DNA of 64,000 bases from Hadesarchaea archaeon (GCA_029259185.1 JAPDJF010000003.1:14875-78874); one strand, 5' to 3'; counted from the stretch's first letter, positions 29,116 to 39,845 are shown. Program-made: numbers and translations. The notes: generated by a model not told the origin, from the sequence alone.

Positions 29116-29691
29116 ATGCGGGTCGTCGTCATAGACAATATAGATTCCTTTGTTTACAACCTCGTCCAGTATATTGGTGAACTCGGGGCCAAACCGGTGG
29201 TGTTCACCAATCGAGTTCCCATTCGAGAGATCAAGAAGGCCAAACCCGATCGGATAGTGATCTCCCCGGGGCCTAGGACACCCAAGGACGCAGGGATTTC
29301 GGTAGGGGCCGTGCGCGAGTTGGGGGAGAAGATACCCATCTTGGGTGTGTGTTTGGGACACCAATCCATAGCCTACGCTTTCGGTGCGCGGGTGGTGAAA
29401 GCTAAGCGGATAATGCACGGGAAGACCTCACGAATAAGGCATGATGGTTGCCCTCTCTTCAAAGGCGTGCCCAACCCATTTGAGGCAACGCGTTATCATT
29501 CCCTCGTGGTGGATGGTGGGAGCCTGCCAGAGTGTCTGCGTGTTACGGCTCTGACCGATGATGAGTATGGGGAGATCATGGGAATAAGGCATGAGAAGTT
29601 TCCCGTGTTCGGGGTCCAGTTCCATCCGGAGTCCATTCTCACTCCAAACGGGAAGACCATCATCAAAAACTTCTTGGAGGTGGAGCCGTGA
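29116..29691 (+). CDS. trpG: Anthranilate synthase component II (glutamine amidotransferase).
   Basis: GATase-1 motifs GVCLGHQ and HPES. Confidence 0.85.
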   Translation: MRVVVIDNIDSFVYNLVQYIGELGAKPVVFTNRVPIREIKKAKPDRIVISPGPRTPKDAGISVGAVRELGEKIPILGVCLGHQSIAYAFGARVVKAKRIMHGKTSRIRHDGCPLFKGVPNPFEATRYHSLVVDGGSLPECLRVTALTDDEYGEIMGIRHEKFPVFGVQFHPESILTPNGKTIIKNFLEVEP

Positions 29692-30758
29692 ATCCAATCC
29701 AGCTTGCCATCCGAAAGCTCGTGGAAAGAGTTAACCTCACTGGAGGAGAGGCCAAAGAGGCGATGAAACAAATAATGTCGGGCGAAGCAACGCCAGCCCA
29801 GATAGGAGCATTTCTCACGGCACTGAGGATGAAAGGGGAGACCGTGGAGGAGATCGCAGCTTTTGCAAGCGTTATGAGAGAATTCGCTTACAGGATAAGT
29901 CCGAGGATCAGAGATGAACTCGTTGACACATGCGGAACGGGAGGGGATAAGATTAAAACTTTTAATGTGAGTACTGCTGCAGCCTTCGTAGCCGCAGGGG
30001 CTGAGGTGTTCATAGCGAAGCACGGAAACCGATCGGTGACGAGCAGAGCGGGTAGTGCTGATGTGGTTGAAGTCCTTGGAATCAAGCTCGACCTCCCGCC
30101 CGAGAGGGTTCAGAGGTGTATTGAGGAGGTAGGGATAGGGTTCCTCTTCGCCCCCCAGTTTCACAGAGCTATGGGTCACGCAATCGGTCCCCGGAAGGAA
30201 ATGGGCATACGTACGGTCTTCAATATCTTGGGTCCTTTAACGAACCCGGCACGCTGTAGTGCCCAACTCGTGGGTGTTTATGATCCTTCTCTTACCGAAA
30301 AGCTCGCAGAAGTCCTCGCGAGGCTCGGGTGTAAGCGCGCGATGGTGGTTTCGGGGGTTGATGGTATAGACGAACTCTCGACCTTGGGTGAGACGAGGGT
30401 CTCGGAGGTGAGGGATGGCAGAGTTTTCACCTATACGGTGAGCCCAGAGGATTTCGGAATCGAGAGGACTATCCCCGCGAATATCGCGGGAATGGATCCT
30501 GAGCGTAATGCGAGGATCTTACTCAAAATTCTACGTGGAGAAAGAGGGCCGAGGAGGGATATAGTGGTGCTCAATGCCGGTGCAGCCATAACCGTGAGTG
30601 GGAAAACGGAGGATCTGAGAGATGGGATAGAGATGGCGAATGAAGCCATAGATTCGGGTAAGGCCTATCGAAAACTCCTCCAATTGGTGGAAGCCACGGG
30701 CGGTGATCCTCAGACGATCAAAACACTGGAGGAGGGGTTAGATGAACGTGCTAGATGA
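29688..30758 (+). CDS. trpD: Anthranilate phosphoribosyltransferase.
   Basis: DTCGTGGD motif and KHGNRSVTS. Confidence 0.85.
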   Translation: MNPIQLAIRKLVERVNLTGGEAKEAMKQIMSGEATPAQIGAFLTALRMKGETVEEIAAFASVMREFAYRISPRIRDELVDTCGTGGDKIKTFNVSTAAAFVAAGAEVFIAKHGNRSVTSRAGSADVVEVLGIKLDLPPERVQRCIEEVGIGFLFAPQFHRAMGHAIGPRKEMGIRTVFNILGPLTNPARCSAQLVGVYDPSLTEKLAEVLARLGCKRAMVVSGVDGIDELSTLGETRVSEVRDGRVFTYTVSPEDFGIERTIPANIAGMDPERNARILLKILRGERGPRRDIVVLNAGAAITVSGKTEDLRDGIEMANEAIDSGKAYRKLLQLVEATGGDPQTIKTLEEGLDERAR

Positions 30759-31506
30759 GATAGTGAGAAAGGTTAGAGCGAGGACCAAGGAACTGGCCGA
30801 GGCAAGACCCATCTCTTCGATGAATATTCCGAAGTATAAGAGGCGTAGCTTGGTCTCGGCGATAGAGAAAGCTTGGAAGGTAGCCCTTATAGGGGAGATA
30901 AAGAGGGCCTCTCCTTCTGCTGGAGTTATACGTTCAGGAGTCGATGTGGTCGATGTGGGGCTCGCCATCGAGAGAGGTGGCGGAACTGCGATTTCGGTGC
31001 TTACCGAGCCGGAGTACTTCATGGGGGATTTGTCCTCGATCAAGCTCTTGAAGAATGTGGTGAGGGTTCCGATACTCCGTAAAGATTTCATCGTGGAGGA
31101 GTATCAGCTTTACGAATCCGCTGAAGCTCAAGCTGATGCCGTGCTCCTCATAGTTAAGATCTTGGGGAAAAGATTGCCTAGATTTCTTGAACTCACTCAC
31201 GAGCTAGGAATGGAAGGACTCGTAGAAGTCACCACCGAAGAGGAGTTGGATCTTGCTCTCTCGGCTGGAGCTGAACTCATTGGAATCAACAACAGGGACT
31301 TAAGCACTTTTGAGGTGAATGTGGAGCGAACTCTCGAACTTGCCCCATTAGTTCCTGAAGAAGTGGTCCTAGTAAGCGAGAGTGGCATCAGGTCTCGTGA
31401 AGATGTGGAAAGGGTCGTGAATGCGGGCGTCGATGCCGTGCTCGTGGGGACCTCTCTGATGCGGGCTAAAAACATTGAGAAAAAGGTGAGATCCCTACTA
31501 GGGTGA
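30742..31506 (+). CDS. trpC: Indole-3-glycerol phosphate synthase.
   Basis: IGEIKRASPS and the IGINNRDL motif. Confidence 0.85.
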   Translation: MNVLDEIVRKVRARTKELAEARPISSMNIPKYKRRSLVSAIEKAWKVALIGEIKRASPSAGVIRSGVDVVDVGLAIERGGGTAISVLTEPEYFMGDLSSIKLLKNVVRVPILRKDFIVEEYQLYESAEAQADAVLLIVKILGKRLPRFLELTHELGMEGLVEVTTEEELDLALSAGAELIGINNRDLSTFEVNVERTLELAPLVPEEVVLVSESGIRSREDVERVVNAGVDAVLVGTSLMRAKNIEKKVRSLLG

Positions 31507-31510
31507 AGAT

Positions 31511-32158
31511 GTGGTGAAAGTCAAAATATGTGGGTTCAAAAGGGAGAGAGACGTGAGGGCGGCATGTAATATGGGGGTTGATATGATAGGCATAAATCTC
31601 GTGCTTGGGTCCCCTAGACGTGTAACACTAGGAACGGCGAAGAAGCTTTTCGAGGTAGTCCCGAGGGAAGTAAAAAAGGTTGCCGTGCTTAGACCTAGAG
31701 AGCCCTGGGAAATAGAGAAAGTTTCTGTGAGACTCAAGCCGGATGTCCTTCAAATTAATCCGCAGTTCTCCCTCTCCAAGCTAATGGGGGTGAAGATGGG
31801 GGGTGGGGAAGAGCTGATTCTCACTATTTCGATTCCATCCAGCGGAGTGAATCGTGGGGAGGTGATTAGAAAAGCTCTCGAGGCTAGTAGGATAGCGGAC
31901 TACATACTGCTTGATACGAGAGGACCAATTGGAGGTGGCACCGGGTTGCCTCACGACTGGACACTGAGTGGAGAGATACGGAAGATGTTGAAGAAACCGG
32001 TTTTCTTGGCCGGGGGACTCACACATTCCAATGTACGGAAGGCGATCGAAATCGTCCGACCTTACGGAGTGGATGTGGCGAGCGGGGTCGAATCCAAGCC
32101 CGGAATAAAAGATCCAGAACTCATGTATAAATTCGTGAAGGCCGTGAGGAGTCCATGA
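31511..32158 (+). CDS. trpF: Phosphoribosylanthranilate isomerase.
   Basis: VKICG...IGINLV N-terminal motif. Operon position. Confidence 0.8.
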   Translation: MVKVKICGFKRERDVRAACNMGVDMIGINLVLGSPRRVTLGTAKKLFEVVPREVKKVAVLRPREPWEIEKVSVRLKPDVLQINPQFSLSKLMGVKMGGGEELILTISIPSSGVNRGEVIRKALEASRIADYILLDTRGPIGGGTGLPHDWTLSGEIRKMLKKPVFLAGGLTHSNVRKAIEIVRPYGVDVASGVESKPGIKDPELMYKFVKAVRSP

Positions 32159-32260
32159 TGTTAATATCCTCTGTCCCTCCGAAGTTCAGCGGTACCAGCT
32201 TCGAGATCAGAAGATCGCGAGCGAGTACTAGCTCTCCTCCGAGGCTCGACTTAGAATTGG

Positions 32261-33496
32261 GTGAGGAGGGATGATGTGTCCTCGCGAACGATAAACTGGG
32301 CGCGACTTACGAGGAGATATCCGGATCATCGTGGATACTTTGGGCCCTATGGTGGAAAATTCGTACCGGAGACCTTAATGTCAGCTCTTGAGGAACTCGA
32401 GAGATACTACTTGAAGATCAAAAAAAGCAAAAGGTTTCAGCGAGAACTTCAAGCGTTGCTGAGGGAGTATGGGGGCAGGCCTACTCCTCTCTACCATGCT
32501 AAGAGGTTAAGCGAACTGATCGGTTCCAAACTGTACTTGAAAAGGGAAGACCTGTTGTTCGGCGGTGCACATAAACTCAACAACACGCTAGGGCAAGCGC
32601 TTCTGGCCAAATATATGGGGAAGAAGCGCATAGTCGCGGAGACCGGGGCGGGACAACACGGGGTCGCCACCGCCACGGCCGCTGCCATGCTCGGTTTGGA
32701 GTGTGATATCTATATGGGTGTCACGGACATGGAGCGACAGAAACTTAACGTGTTCCGGATGCGGTTGCTGGGGGCCAGGGTGATCCCGGTCAAGAGCGGT
32801 TCCCGCACCCTGAAGGATGCCATAAATGAAGCTCTTCGGGATTGGACGACGAACGTCGAGACCACCCACTATTTGCTCGGCTCCGTGGTCGGACCTCACC
32901 CTTATCCGATGATCGTGAGAGATTTTCAGCGGGTAATCGGTCGGGAGACCAAGAAACAGATTCTAAAGCATGAAGGGCGACTACCAGATGCAATCGTAGC
33001 CTGTGTTGGTGGGGGGAGCAACGCCATCGGGATATTCTATGATTTTCTAGATGACCCTGTTCAACTCTTCGGTATCGAGGCTGGAGGAGAGGGGCTTGAA
33101 ACAAACATGCATGCCGCTCCTCTCTGTGCCGGTTCTGAAGGTGTTCTTCATGGGTCACGGAGCTACGTTATGCAGGATCGATTCGGACAGATTCTCCAGA
33201 CCCACAGCATCGCTGCTGGGTTAGACTATCCAGGTGTAGGACCGGAGCACGCTTTTCTGAAGCTTCGGGGGAGGGTGAAGTATGACTACGTTACGGATGG
33301 GGAGGCCTTAGAAGCGTTTAGGATCGTATCGAAAACCGAAGGGATCATCCCTGCCCTTGAGTCGGCCCACGCGATAGCCTACCTGAGGAAGAGAGCCTCC
33401 AAATTCAGGGGCAAGCTTGTGGTAGTTAACCTCTCGGGGAGGGGGGATAAGGATGTGGAACTTGTGGCGAAAACTTTGGGGGGATCTAAGGATTGA
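32261..33496 (+). CDS. trpB: Tryptophan synthase beta chain.
   Basis: [13 protein letters not shown] and PLP-binding HKLNN. The in-frame start is apparently GTG. Confidence 0.85.
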   Translation: MRRDDVSSRTINWARLTRRYPDHRGYFGPYGGKFVPETLMSALEELERYYLKIKKSKRFQRELQALLREYGGRPTPLYHAKRLSELIGSKLYLKREDLLFGGAHKLNNTLGQALLAKYMGKKRIVAETGAGQHGVATATAAAMLGLECDIYMGVTDMERQKLNVFRMRLLGARVIPVKSGSRTLKDAINEALRDWTTNVETTHYLLGSVVGPHPYPMIVRDFQRVIGRETKKQILKHEGRLPDAIVACVGGGSNAIGIFYDFLDDPVQLFGIEAGGEGLETNMHAAPLCAGSEGVLHGSRSYVMQDRFGQILQTHSIAAGLDYPGVGPEHAFLKLRGRVKYDYVTDGEALEAFRIVSKTEGIIPALESAHAIAYLRKRASKFRGKLVVVNLSGRGDKDVELVAKTLGGSKD

Positions 33497-34308
33497 GTCG
33501 AATAGCGGAAAAATTTGAGGAACTCCGGAGAAGAGGAGAGGGTGCGCTCATAGCATTCATCACCGCGGGGGATCCGGCACCAGAAATAACCCCTTCGATC
33601 GTTCAGGTGTTAGCTAAACATGCTGATGTTGTGGAGTTGGGGTTGCCTTTTTCCGATCCCATAGCGGATGGACCAACTATCCAAGAAGCCACGGATAGAG
33701 CCCTGAGAGCCGGGACAGACACCGATACGGTGCTCGAGATCGTTAAGGAAATCCGAGAAGGGAGCGATGTGCCACTTGTGATTCTCACGTATTTCAACCC
33801 AGTACTACAATTCGGTATCCGGGAATTCTTAAGCAGGTTAGCTCACATGGGGGGCGATGGGATAATCGTGCCCGACCTCCCCATAGACGAGTCCGGAGAG
33901 TTTAGGAAGATCGCGAGGGAGGTGGGAATCGATACCATTCAACTCGTGGCACCCACCACTCCACCTTCGCGCGTGAAGACTATATGTGAAAGATCGAGTG
34001 GCTTCGTGTACGTGGTGTCCTTGTTGGGTGTCACGGGGCCGAGAGAAAGGCTCTCTGAACTCGTGAGGCCGACGATCAAGAAGGTAAAGAGGCTTTCGAA
34101 AATACCAATAGCTGTGGGGTTCGGTATCTCAAAACCTGAGCACGTGAGGGCCGTGCTGGACGCTGGAGCGGATGGAGCTATAGTGGGCAGCGCGTTCGTT
34201 AAACTCATCAAGGAGAATCTCAGCGATGTCGGAAAAATGTTGGAGGAGCTGGAAACCTTTAGTGCGGACCTGAAGAGGGCAACGAAGAAGTTGGCAAAGT
34301 TTAAATGA
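33493..34308 (+). CDS. trpA: Tryptophan synthase alpha chain.
   Basis: [11 protein letters not shown] and TIM-barrel TrpA blocks. 4-nt overlap with trpB. Confidence 0.85.
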   Translation: MSRIAEKFEELRRRGEGALIAFITAGDPAPEITPSIVQVLAKHADVVELGLPFSDPIADGPTIQEATDRALRAGTDTDTVLEIVKEIREGSDVPLVILTYFNPVLQFGIREFLSRLAHMGGDGIIVPDLPIDESGEFRKIAREVGIDTIQLVAPTTPPSRVKTICERSSGFVYVVSLLGVTGPRERLSELVRPTIKKVKRLSKIPIAVGFGISKPEHVRAVLDAGADGAIVGSAFVKLIKENLSDVGKMLEELETFSADLKRATKKLAKFK

Positions 34309-34352
34309 ATAAATATAAGTGTAGAGAGGACATATCACGGATGACTGAATAG

Positions 34353-34913
34353 GTGGTTTTCACGAAGGAGGGAGTACTCAAACTGTCTTTGACCGCACTT
34401 TCGATAATCCTTTGGATTGCACCTCTTATCGCCGCCTTCGGGGCGAGTGGATGGGACCTGCAGACCACGCTCGCACCCCGAGAAGACATCGAATCCCTAA
34501 CGAGCAGGACTGAGAGCATCGTCACCAGCCTCGAGGATGTGAGGAATTCCATCGAGAACGCTTGGGTTGGGTGGACGGATGAGCTAACCTTAGAGGTCAA
34601 GATCTCCCTAAGCGTACCGGAGGGAAATGTGAGGATAGATAACTTCTCGGCTAATGCGTATTGTGCTACACACGATGTATTCCTGGGGACGATCAAACTT
34701 CAAGCCCCCGTTGAACTTTCTCCTGAGACGAGCGGGGAGGTGGCCATAGTTTTAACACTGACACGAGAGGGCAAGGCCCACATCGACTCCGCACACGGTG
34801 GAGAAAACTCGTTGGAGATCAGAATTGAAAACTTGCAAGTAGCGATCTACGGTATTAAGGTCTCTATCGGAGAGTCATTAGTGGTTACAATTCCACTGGG
34901 GGAGACGGTATGA
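34353..34913 (+). CDS. Signal-anchored beta-rich extracellular protein, hypothetical.
   Basis: N-terminal TM/signal (LSLTALSIILWIAPLIAAFGASG) followed by a soluble domain. Confidence 0.45.
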   Translation: MVFTKEGVLKLSLTALSIILWIAPLIAAFGASGWDLQTTLAPREDIESLTSRTESIVTSLEDVRNSIENAWVGWTDELTLEVKISLSVPEGNVRIDNFSANAYCATHDVFLGTIKLQAPVELSPETSGEVAIVLTLTREGKAHIDSAHGGENSLEIRIENLQVAIYGIKVSIGESLVVTIPLGETV

Positions 34914-35515
34914 ACATGGATCTTGTCAAAGGGATAAACTGGTTCGGGGTCGCAGGAGGGGTTCTAATGCTTATCCTCCCCTTTTCAGGACCGTGGTGGC
35001 AAGCTCACGCGGGGGATGGAATGATGGATTTATCCTTCTCACCTTTCGATCTCCATTTGTCTATCCTCGACCAATCCATGGAGTCTCCTCTCGTGAACTA
35101 CGCCCTTCTGGCTGCGAAGCTTACGGTTCTGGTGGGGGGGCTCCTGCTGGTACTCGGGTCTATTTTCACCGGTCGGTGGTGGTCTAAGCATTTAATGAAG
35201 TTTGGTGCTACCAAGGTATTTTGGATGGTGGTGGGGATGGTGTTGCTTCTCGTGATGGGAGCGTTCTTAGCGAATAGATTCCTTCCGACCTTGGTTTCCT
35301 CCATAGTCAAAGAGGGAAACATCGACATCGATGTGGAAATCCCTTACCTCAGCGGCGAGAGCAGCGGCATAACCGTGCAGGCGGGTTCCACCGCAGTAAA
35401 CGTTCCCATCACAACCTTTTTGACCTCTAGGTTCTGGATCGCCACCGTCGTGGGATTTCTCGGAATAGCCGCCCGCGTTTATCATCGGAAGTTCACCCAC
35501 CAAAGTATGGGGTGA
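34910..35515 (+). CDS. Polytopic membrane protein (4-5 TM), hypothetical.
   Basis: ATGA overlap with the upstream gene suggests translational coupling. Hydrophobic segments present. Confidence 0.45.
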   Translation: MNMDLVKGINWFGVAGGVLMLILPFSGPWWQAHAGDGMMDLSFSPFDLHLSILDQSMESPLVNYALLAAKLTVLVGGLLLVLGSIFTGRWWSKHLMKFGATKVFWMVVGMVLLLVMGAFLANRFLPTLVSSIVKEGNIDIDVEIPYLSGESSGITVQAGSTAVNVPITTFLTSRFWIATVVGFLGIAARVYHRKFTHQSMG

Positions 35516-35551
35516 ATTCGACCTGGGAAAATTGATGATGAAGCTTTAGAA

Positions 35552-35730
35552 CGGAATCGAGCGAGAAACCCCGCACTTTAGCGTGGGGTGAATGCGTGCC
35601 GAGGTCCGATTCCGCAATAGCTAACGGCCCGAGCGAACACCTGGAGATCAATACCTCCGTAACCCCCTTCCATGGGTGATCGAGCCTAGTCGTCGAGGAG
35701 GAAGCCCCGCTTCAGCGGTGCGGTAGTCCA
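35552..35730 (+). repeat. Repeat F, copy 2.
   Basis: See F copy 1. The first hairpin has compensatory changes (ccccgcactttagcgtgggg). Confidence 0.5.
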
Positions 35731-35850
35731 CTGTCTTAGTAACCTCAAACCCGTACCTCGAACGAGTGGGCCCCCCGGATTTTGGGTATACCGGAAAATG
35801 GGCCTTAGATTTGACCACAAGTATTTAAAAGGTCTTGAGGAAGAGGGAAG

Positions 35851-36216
35851 ATGGAAGAGCTATCGAGGAACTTAGAAGCCGAACTTAAAGAGGAGCTGTC
35901 CAGGGTCATCAAGACCGAACTCCAGCAGAGTTTGGCCGAGGAACTCAAGCGCATGATGGAATCCAACTTGAAACAAGTTATCGCAGAAAGCCTCGATAAA
36001 TTGAAAATGAACGAACTTAAGGTTTCGATCGTCCAGAAGATCAAGAAAAAAATAGAGGGGAGGCTGGATCAGCTCATCGAGGAGGTGCTAGATCGGACTA
36101 CCCCCCAAGACATAAGCCGAGCGCTCCTCTCAGCGCTGAGCATGAGCATCGAGGAGGTCAAAAAGGTGCTTGAGGGAGTGGGAGCCGAAAAAACTGGAGA
36201 AAACTCCAATCCGTAG
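35851..36216 (+). CDS. Charged coiled-coil protein, hypothetical (121 aa).
   Basis: Heptad-like E/K/L-rich sequence (ELKEELSRVIKTELQQSLAEELKRMMESNLKQ). Confidence 0.4.
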   Translation: MEELSRNLEAELKEELSRVIKTELQQSLAEELKRMMESNLKQVIAESLDKLKMNELKVSIVQKIKKKIEGRLDQLIEEVLDRTTPQDISRALLSALSMSIEEVKKVLEGVGAEKTGENSNP

Positions 36217-36218
36217 AG

Positions 36219-37232
36219 GTGGAAGCGATGGGGATACTCGAATCGATTGAACTACTTAAATCCAAGTTCGGTGGTGAGTTCGATAAGGGAAAGATTTCGG
36301 TCGTTCTCCGGCCCTTAGAAGAGAAGCCTTCTGAGGTGGGTGGAGCGGAGATCACCCGGGAGATCTCAGCAGGTGAAGCCAAGCCCACGGGAGACCTATC
36401 TCAAGTTGGGGGGAAAACCCGTCACATGTTTCCTAAGTGGGATAACTTGGTTGAGAAATGGAACTCCGTAGCCCTTGCGATAGGGTTGGGGTTTTTGAAT
36501 CTCTGGAACAAAAAACACTGGGTGTTTCCGATTCTCTTGTTCGGATGTGGTATAGCACTGTGGTATCAGAGCGTTTCATCCTCTCTCCTCTCATTCACCC
36601 TTTGTATAACGGTGCTTCTCACGACCCTTGTCTTGGCTTTCGTTGGGCTTGTGGTAATGGATCAGATCCAGCGGGATATCGCCTCCACCGGAAGGATAGT
36701 AACCCAAACGCTGGTCGGCATCGTGATGATAGTTGGGTTCCTCCTCTACTTGGACCTCTCCATAGGAGGTTTCCTCCCGGCACCCCCTCTGGTGCTGTTG
36801 ATAGGGGTGATGTGGGCTATTCCACTCGTTCCCTATGTCACGCTAGCAATACTCCTTCCCCCCTTGCTTGGGAGTATCCCTAGGTTCAAACCTAAATGGA
36901 ACGCGTTGAGGGGAAAGTATCCATTTTGGGGGATATATTGTGCAGTACTTGGGGGATTGCTCATCCTGTACGTTCCACTAAAATTCTTTCCACTTTACAT
37001 GTACTCCTCTCTAGTCTTCTGGGGGATGTTTTTGGGGAGTTCCACTTTAGCTTTGGCGGCTATCCTAGCTATGTTTCCACGAAAGGATTCCACTAAGGTG
37101 ACTGGTCTGTTCTTGGTCATCTTGGCTGCGCTTTCATGGGTAGGGACGCTAGGAGGTGTTATACTGGGATCCATCCTCTGCGTGGTGGGGGGAGCCCATG
37201 CGTATGCATGGACTCCAACTTCAAGGTCATAG
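36219..37232 (+). CDS. Membrane protein: N-terminal soluble domain of about 80 aa followed by 7-8 TM helices. Hypothetical.
   Basis: Hydropathy visible by eye. The start is 3 nt after the preceding stop. Confidence 0.45.
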   Translation: MEAMGILESIELLKSKFGGEFDKGKISVVLRPLEEKPSEVGGAEITREISAGEAKPTGDLSQVGGKTRHMFPKWDNLVEKWNSVALAIGLGFLNLWNKKHWVFPILLFGCGIALWYQSVSSSLLSFTLCITVLLTTLVLAFVGLVVMDQIQRDIASTGRIVTQTLVGIVMIVGFLLYLDLSIGGFLPAPPLVLLIGVMWAIPLVPYVTLAILLPPLLGSIPRFKPKWNALRGKYPFWGIYCAVLGGLLILYVPLKFFPLYMYSSLVFWGMFLGSSTLALAAILAMFPRKDSTKVTGLFLVILAALSWVGTLGGVILGSILCVVGGAHAYAWTPTSRS

Positions 37233-37269
37233 GAGGGCCTATGACAAAAAACGAAGGAGGGAGTAAAGA

Positions 37270-37773
37270 ATGGAAGGATTTGGAAAAATAGCAGGTGTGG
37301 GGCTGGCGTCTATCTTCGGTATAGTGGTGATGACTTCGATGGCGGGAGTGAGCCTAGGAATGCCAGTGAGTGACTTCCAATTCAGTGCCGATGGGATCCA
37401 GGGACGAGGATTAAACCTCTATGCTGGGACTATATCTGAAAATTCTGGAGAGCTGGGAAAGATTTTCATAGAGCTGGATGGTGCCGATATAGCGGAGATG
37501 TGTATATCCAAGGAGATGTCTATTGGAGGACTCACCGTGAGAGCTATTGTTAAGGGATCTAGCGCTGAAGCGATGAGTGTGCTGATGAAGTGCGAAAACT
37601 TCATGGCGACCACGATGGCGGCGGAGAACTTGGGAATGGGTCCCTCCGGGGACAAAGAGTTCGCTACTACTGCCGACGTTCTCAACGTTAAAAATGTCAG
37701 GGCTTGGGTGAGTCATATGAACGTGGGCTCCATCGACTTAAACGATCTCGTGATAAAGCTCGAAATAGTGTAG
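37270..37773 (+). CDS. Secreted/anchored protein, hypothetical (167 aa).
   Basis: N-terminal hydrophobic segment (IAGVGLASIFGIVVMTSMAGVSLG). Confidence 0.4.
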   Translation: MEGFGKIAGVGLASIFGIVVMTSMAGVSLGMPVSDFQFSADGIQGRGLNLYAGTISENSGELGKIFIELDGADIAEMCISKEMSIGGLTVRAIVKGSSAEAMSVLMKCENFMATTMAAENLGMGPSGDKEFATTADVLNVKNVRAWVSHMNVGSIDLNDLVIKLEIV

Positions 37774-37813
37774 CCGTAAGACGCCAGCCTCTTTTAATTT
37801 TTGGGGGACCTGC

Positions 37814-38338
37814 ATGCGATTTCATCAAGGTTTCAAGTTAGCCTTCCTCGTTTTCCTGAGTTTATTTGCTCTCATCATCTTTCCCGTTCCCTTGCTTGGG
37901 GGAAGCGAGCCCACTTTCCAAATCTGGGCAAACTCTTCTTCCACCGATCAAATAAATATCGTGGGGGATGTCAACGAAAACATCACTTTGGTCACCACCC
38001 TATCGATACATCTTGAAGGGGTGACGATACTAATCGATAACGTGTGCTTGTGCTTGGACGACGTGGATCTCGAAAATTTTTACATGTGTGTGGAGTATCT
38101 GGAAACCGATATCGAGATCTTCGGTGTGATCCCGCTCGCCCATCTCGTCATAAACGGGTCCCATGTTGATGAGGGGATACCACTCCTCGGGGCGATATTG
38201 GGTCTTCAAACGTGCCATACGGCCGATGCCCATCTTGGTCCACCCTTGACTTCCCTCATCCGGATGAATAACATGTATGTCGTGGCCAGAGAGCTGAGTT
38301 GTAAGCTGGAGGCCGAAAACGTGGTCATACGGGTGTGA
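37814..38338 (+). CDS. Secreted protein, hypothetical (174 aa).
   Basis: N-terminal signal-like segment (FKLAFLVFLSLFALIIFPVPLLGG). Confidence 0.4.
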   Translation: MRFHQGFKLAFLVFLSLFALIIFPVPLLGGSEPTFQIWANSSSTDQINIVGDVNENITLVTTLSIHLEGVTILIDNVCLCLDDVDLENFYMCVEYLETDIEIFGVIPLAHLVINGSHVDEGIPLLGAILGLQTCHTADAHLGPPLTSLIRMNNMYVVARELSCKLEAENVVIRV

Positions 38339-38412
38339 AACGTACTCTCAAGTGCTCGACCTAGGTCCGGAAGGGATATCTACCCCTTGCACCTAGTTTT
38401 TTTTGGATAAGG

Positions 38413-38787
38413 GTGTACAGGTGGAGACACTTCAGACACGGGCCCGGGAGGCCCATGAAACCCAGATTCATAGGGTTAAAACCATGTCTCTTCACGTTTA
38501 TTCCTTCCTCATGTGAAGAATTTCCCCCTGGAACTCCGGATCCAATTTATATGGCATACGATGAGTATGAGGCATTTCGGCTAGTGTACCATGAGGGGTT
38601 GAATCAAGAGGAGGCTGCCAAGCGGATGAGAATTTCGCGGGGGACGCTGTGGCGCTGTCTTGAGAGTGCGAGGAACAAAATAGCGCGTATGCTAGTGGAA
38701 CACCGCCCCCTTGTGGTCACCCCCGCACCCCATCCGACTCCGGGAGCCACCTCGACTGGGAGTTCCCCTCCGCTCATCCATCGTTAG
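38413..38787 (+). CDS. Sigma-70 region-4-like HTH protein (archaeal DUF134/UPF0251-type).
   Basis: LNQEEAAKRMRISRGTLWRCLESARNKIA resembles a sigma-70 r4/LuxR-type HTH. Confidence 0.45.
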   Translation: MYRWRHFRHGPGRPMKPRFIGLKPCLFTFIPSSCEEFPPGTPDPIYMAYDEYEAFRLVYHEGLNQEEAAKRMRISRGTLWRCLESARNKIARMLVEHRPLVVTPAPHPTPGATSTGSSPPLIHR

Positions 38788-39845
38788 AAATACTTGTCTA
38801 TATTCTCTAACGCTTTTGTGACCAAGGAGCTTGCTGAAGTCATGTCATGCATGTCCAGCATCTCTACTGAGGAGTGGATGTATCTGGTGGGAATACCTAC
38901 TACTCCTGTGGGAATGCCGGCCCGTGTTAGGGATATGGCGGTCGCATCAGTAGTTCCACCCTTAGCCACGTCCAACTGGTATGGGATTTTGTGCGCTTCC
39001 GCTGTTTCGGTCAGCCACTTCAGTACGTTTCTGGAGACGATGATCCCCCTTCCACTCGCATCCACCACCGTTATGGATGGTCCCTTCCCTAGCTCCAGAG
39101 ACGAGTCTTTCTTCTCTATTCCTAAGTGATCACCAGGTATTGAGACATCCAAGGCTATAGCCACGGATGGCTGAAGCCCAAAAGCGGAGGTTTTAGCTCC
39201 TTTCAGTCCAACCTCCTCCTGCACAGTCCCTACCGCATACACGGTGGCACTCGTTTTTGTCTTCTTCACAGCGTCTATCATTATAGCTAGTCCCGCCCTA
39301 TTGTCGAACCCTTTTCCCGTCACCCTATTGTTTATGAGGAATCTGACCGTTCTATCCAAAGTCGCCACGCTACCGATCGTTACCCCAGCTTTTTTTACCT
39401 CTTCCTCGCTTCGAGCTCCCACATCTATGAACATGTCGTCTGCTTTGATGGGTTTCTTCTTCTCCTCTTCCTCTAACAAGTGGGGCGGCTTTGACCCTAT
39501 CACTCCGTACACCTCTCCTCTCTCGGTTTTGAACACAACTCTTTCGTTCAGGAGAGTTTGTTCGAACCATCCCCCTATGGGAACGAAACGTATGAACCCC
39601 CGTTCGTCTATGTATTTGACCATCAACCCGATTTCATCCATGTGAGCCGCAAGCATGCAAGAGGTAGACGAACCATTTTTGATTGCTATCAAGTTTCCCA
39701 TCGTGTCGATCTTTATCTCATCCACATGACCTTCCAACTCCTCCTTGAGGATCTCTCTTATCTCATCCTCACGACCCGAAACACCGTGGGCATTGGACAG
39801 CTTCTCCAGAAGTTCTTTCATCTCGGACACCCAAACCTCTCTCAC
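38784..39845 (-). CDS. M42-family aminopeptidase (TET/FrvX-like).
   Basis: 353 aa with M42 blocks (AHMDEIGLMV, GKGFDNRAG, DVAKGGTTDA). Confidence 0.75.
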   Translation of the reverse strand: MREVWVSEMKELLEKLSNAHGVSGREDEIREILKEELEGHVDEIKIDTMGNLIAIKNGSSTSCMLAAHMDEIGLMVKYIDERGFIRFVPIGGWFEQTLLNERVVFKTERGEVYGVIGSKPPHLLEEEEKKKPIKADDMFIDVGARSEEEVKKAGVTIGSVATLDRTVRFLINNRVTGKGFDNRAGLAIMIDAVKKTKTSATVYAVGTVQEEVGLKGAKTSAFGLQPSVAIALDVSIPGDHLGIEKKDSSLELGKGPSITVVDASGRGIIVSRNVLKWLTETAEAHKIPYQLDVAKGGTTDATAISLTRAGIPTGVVGIPTRYIHSSVEMLDMHDMTSASSLVTKALENIDKYF

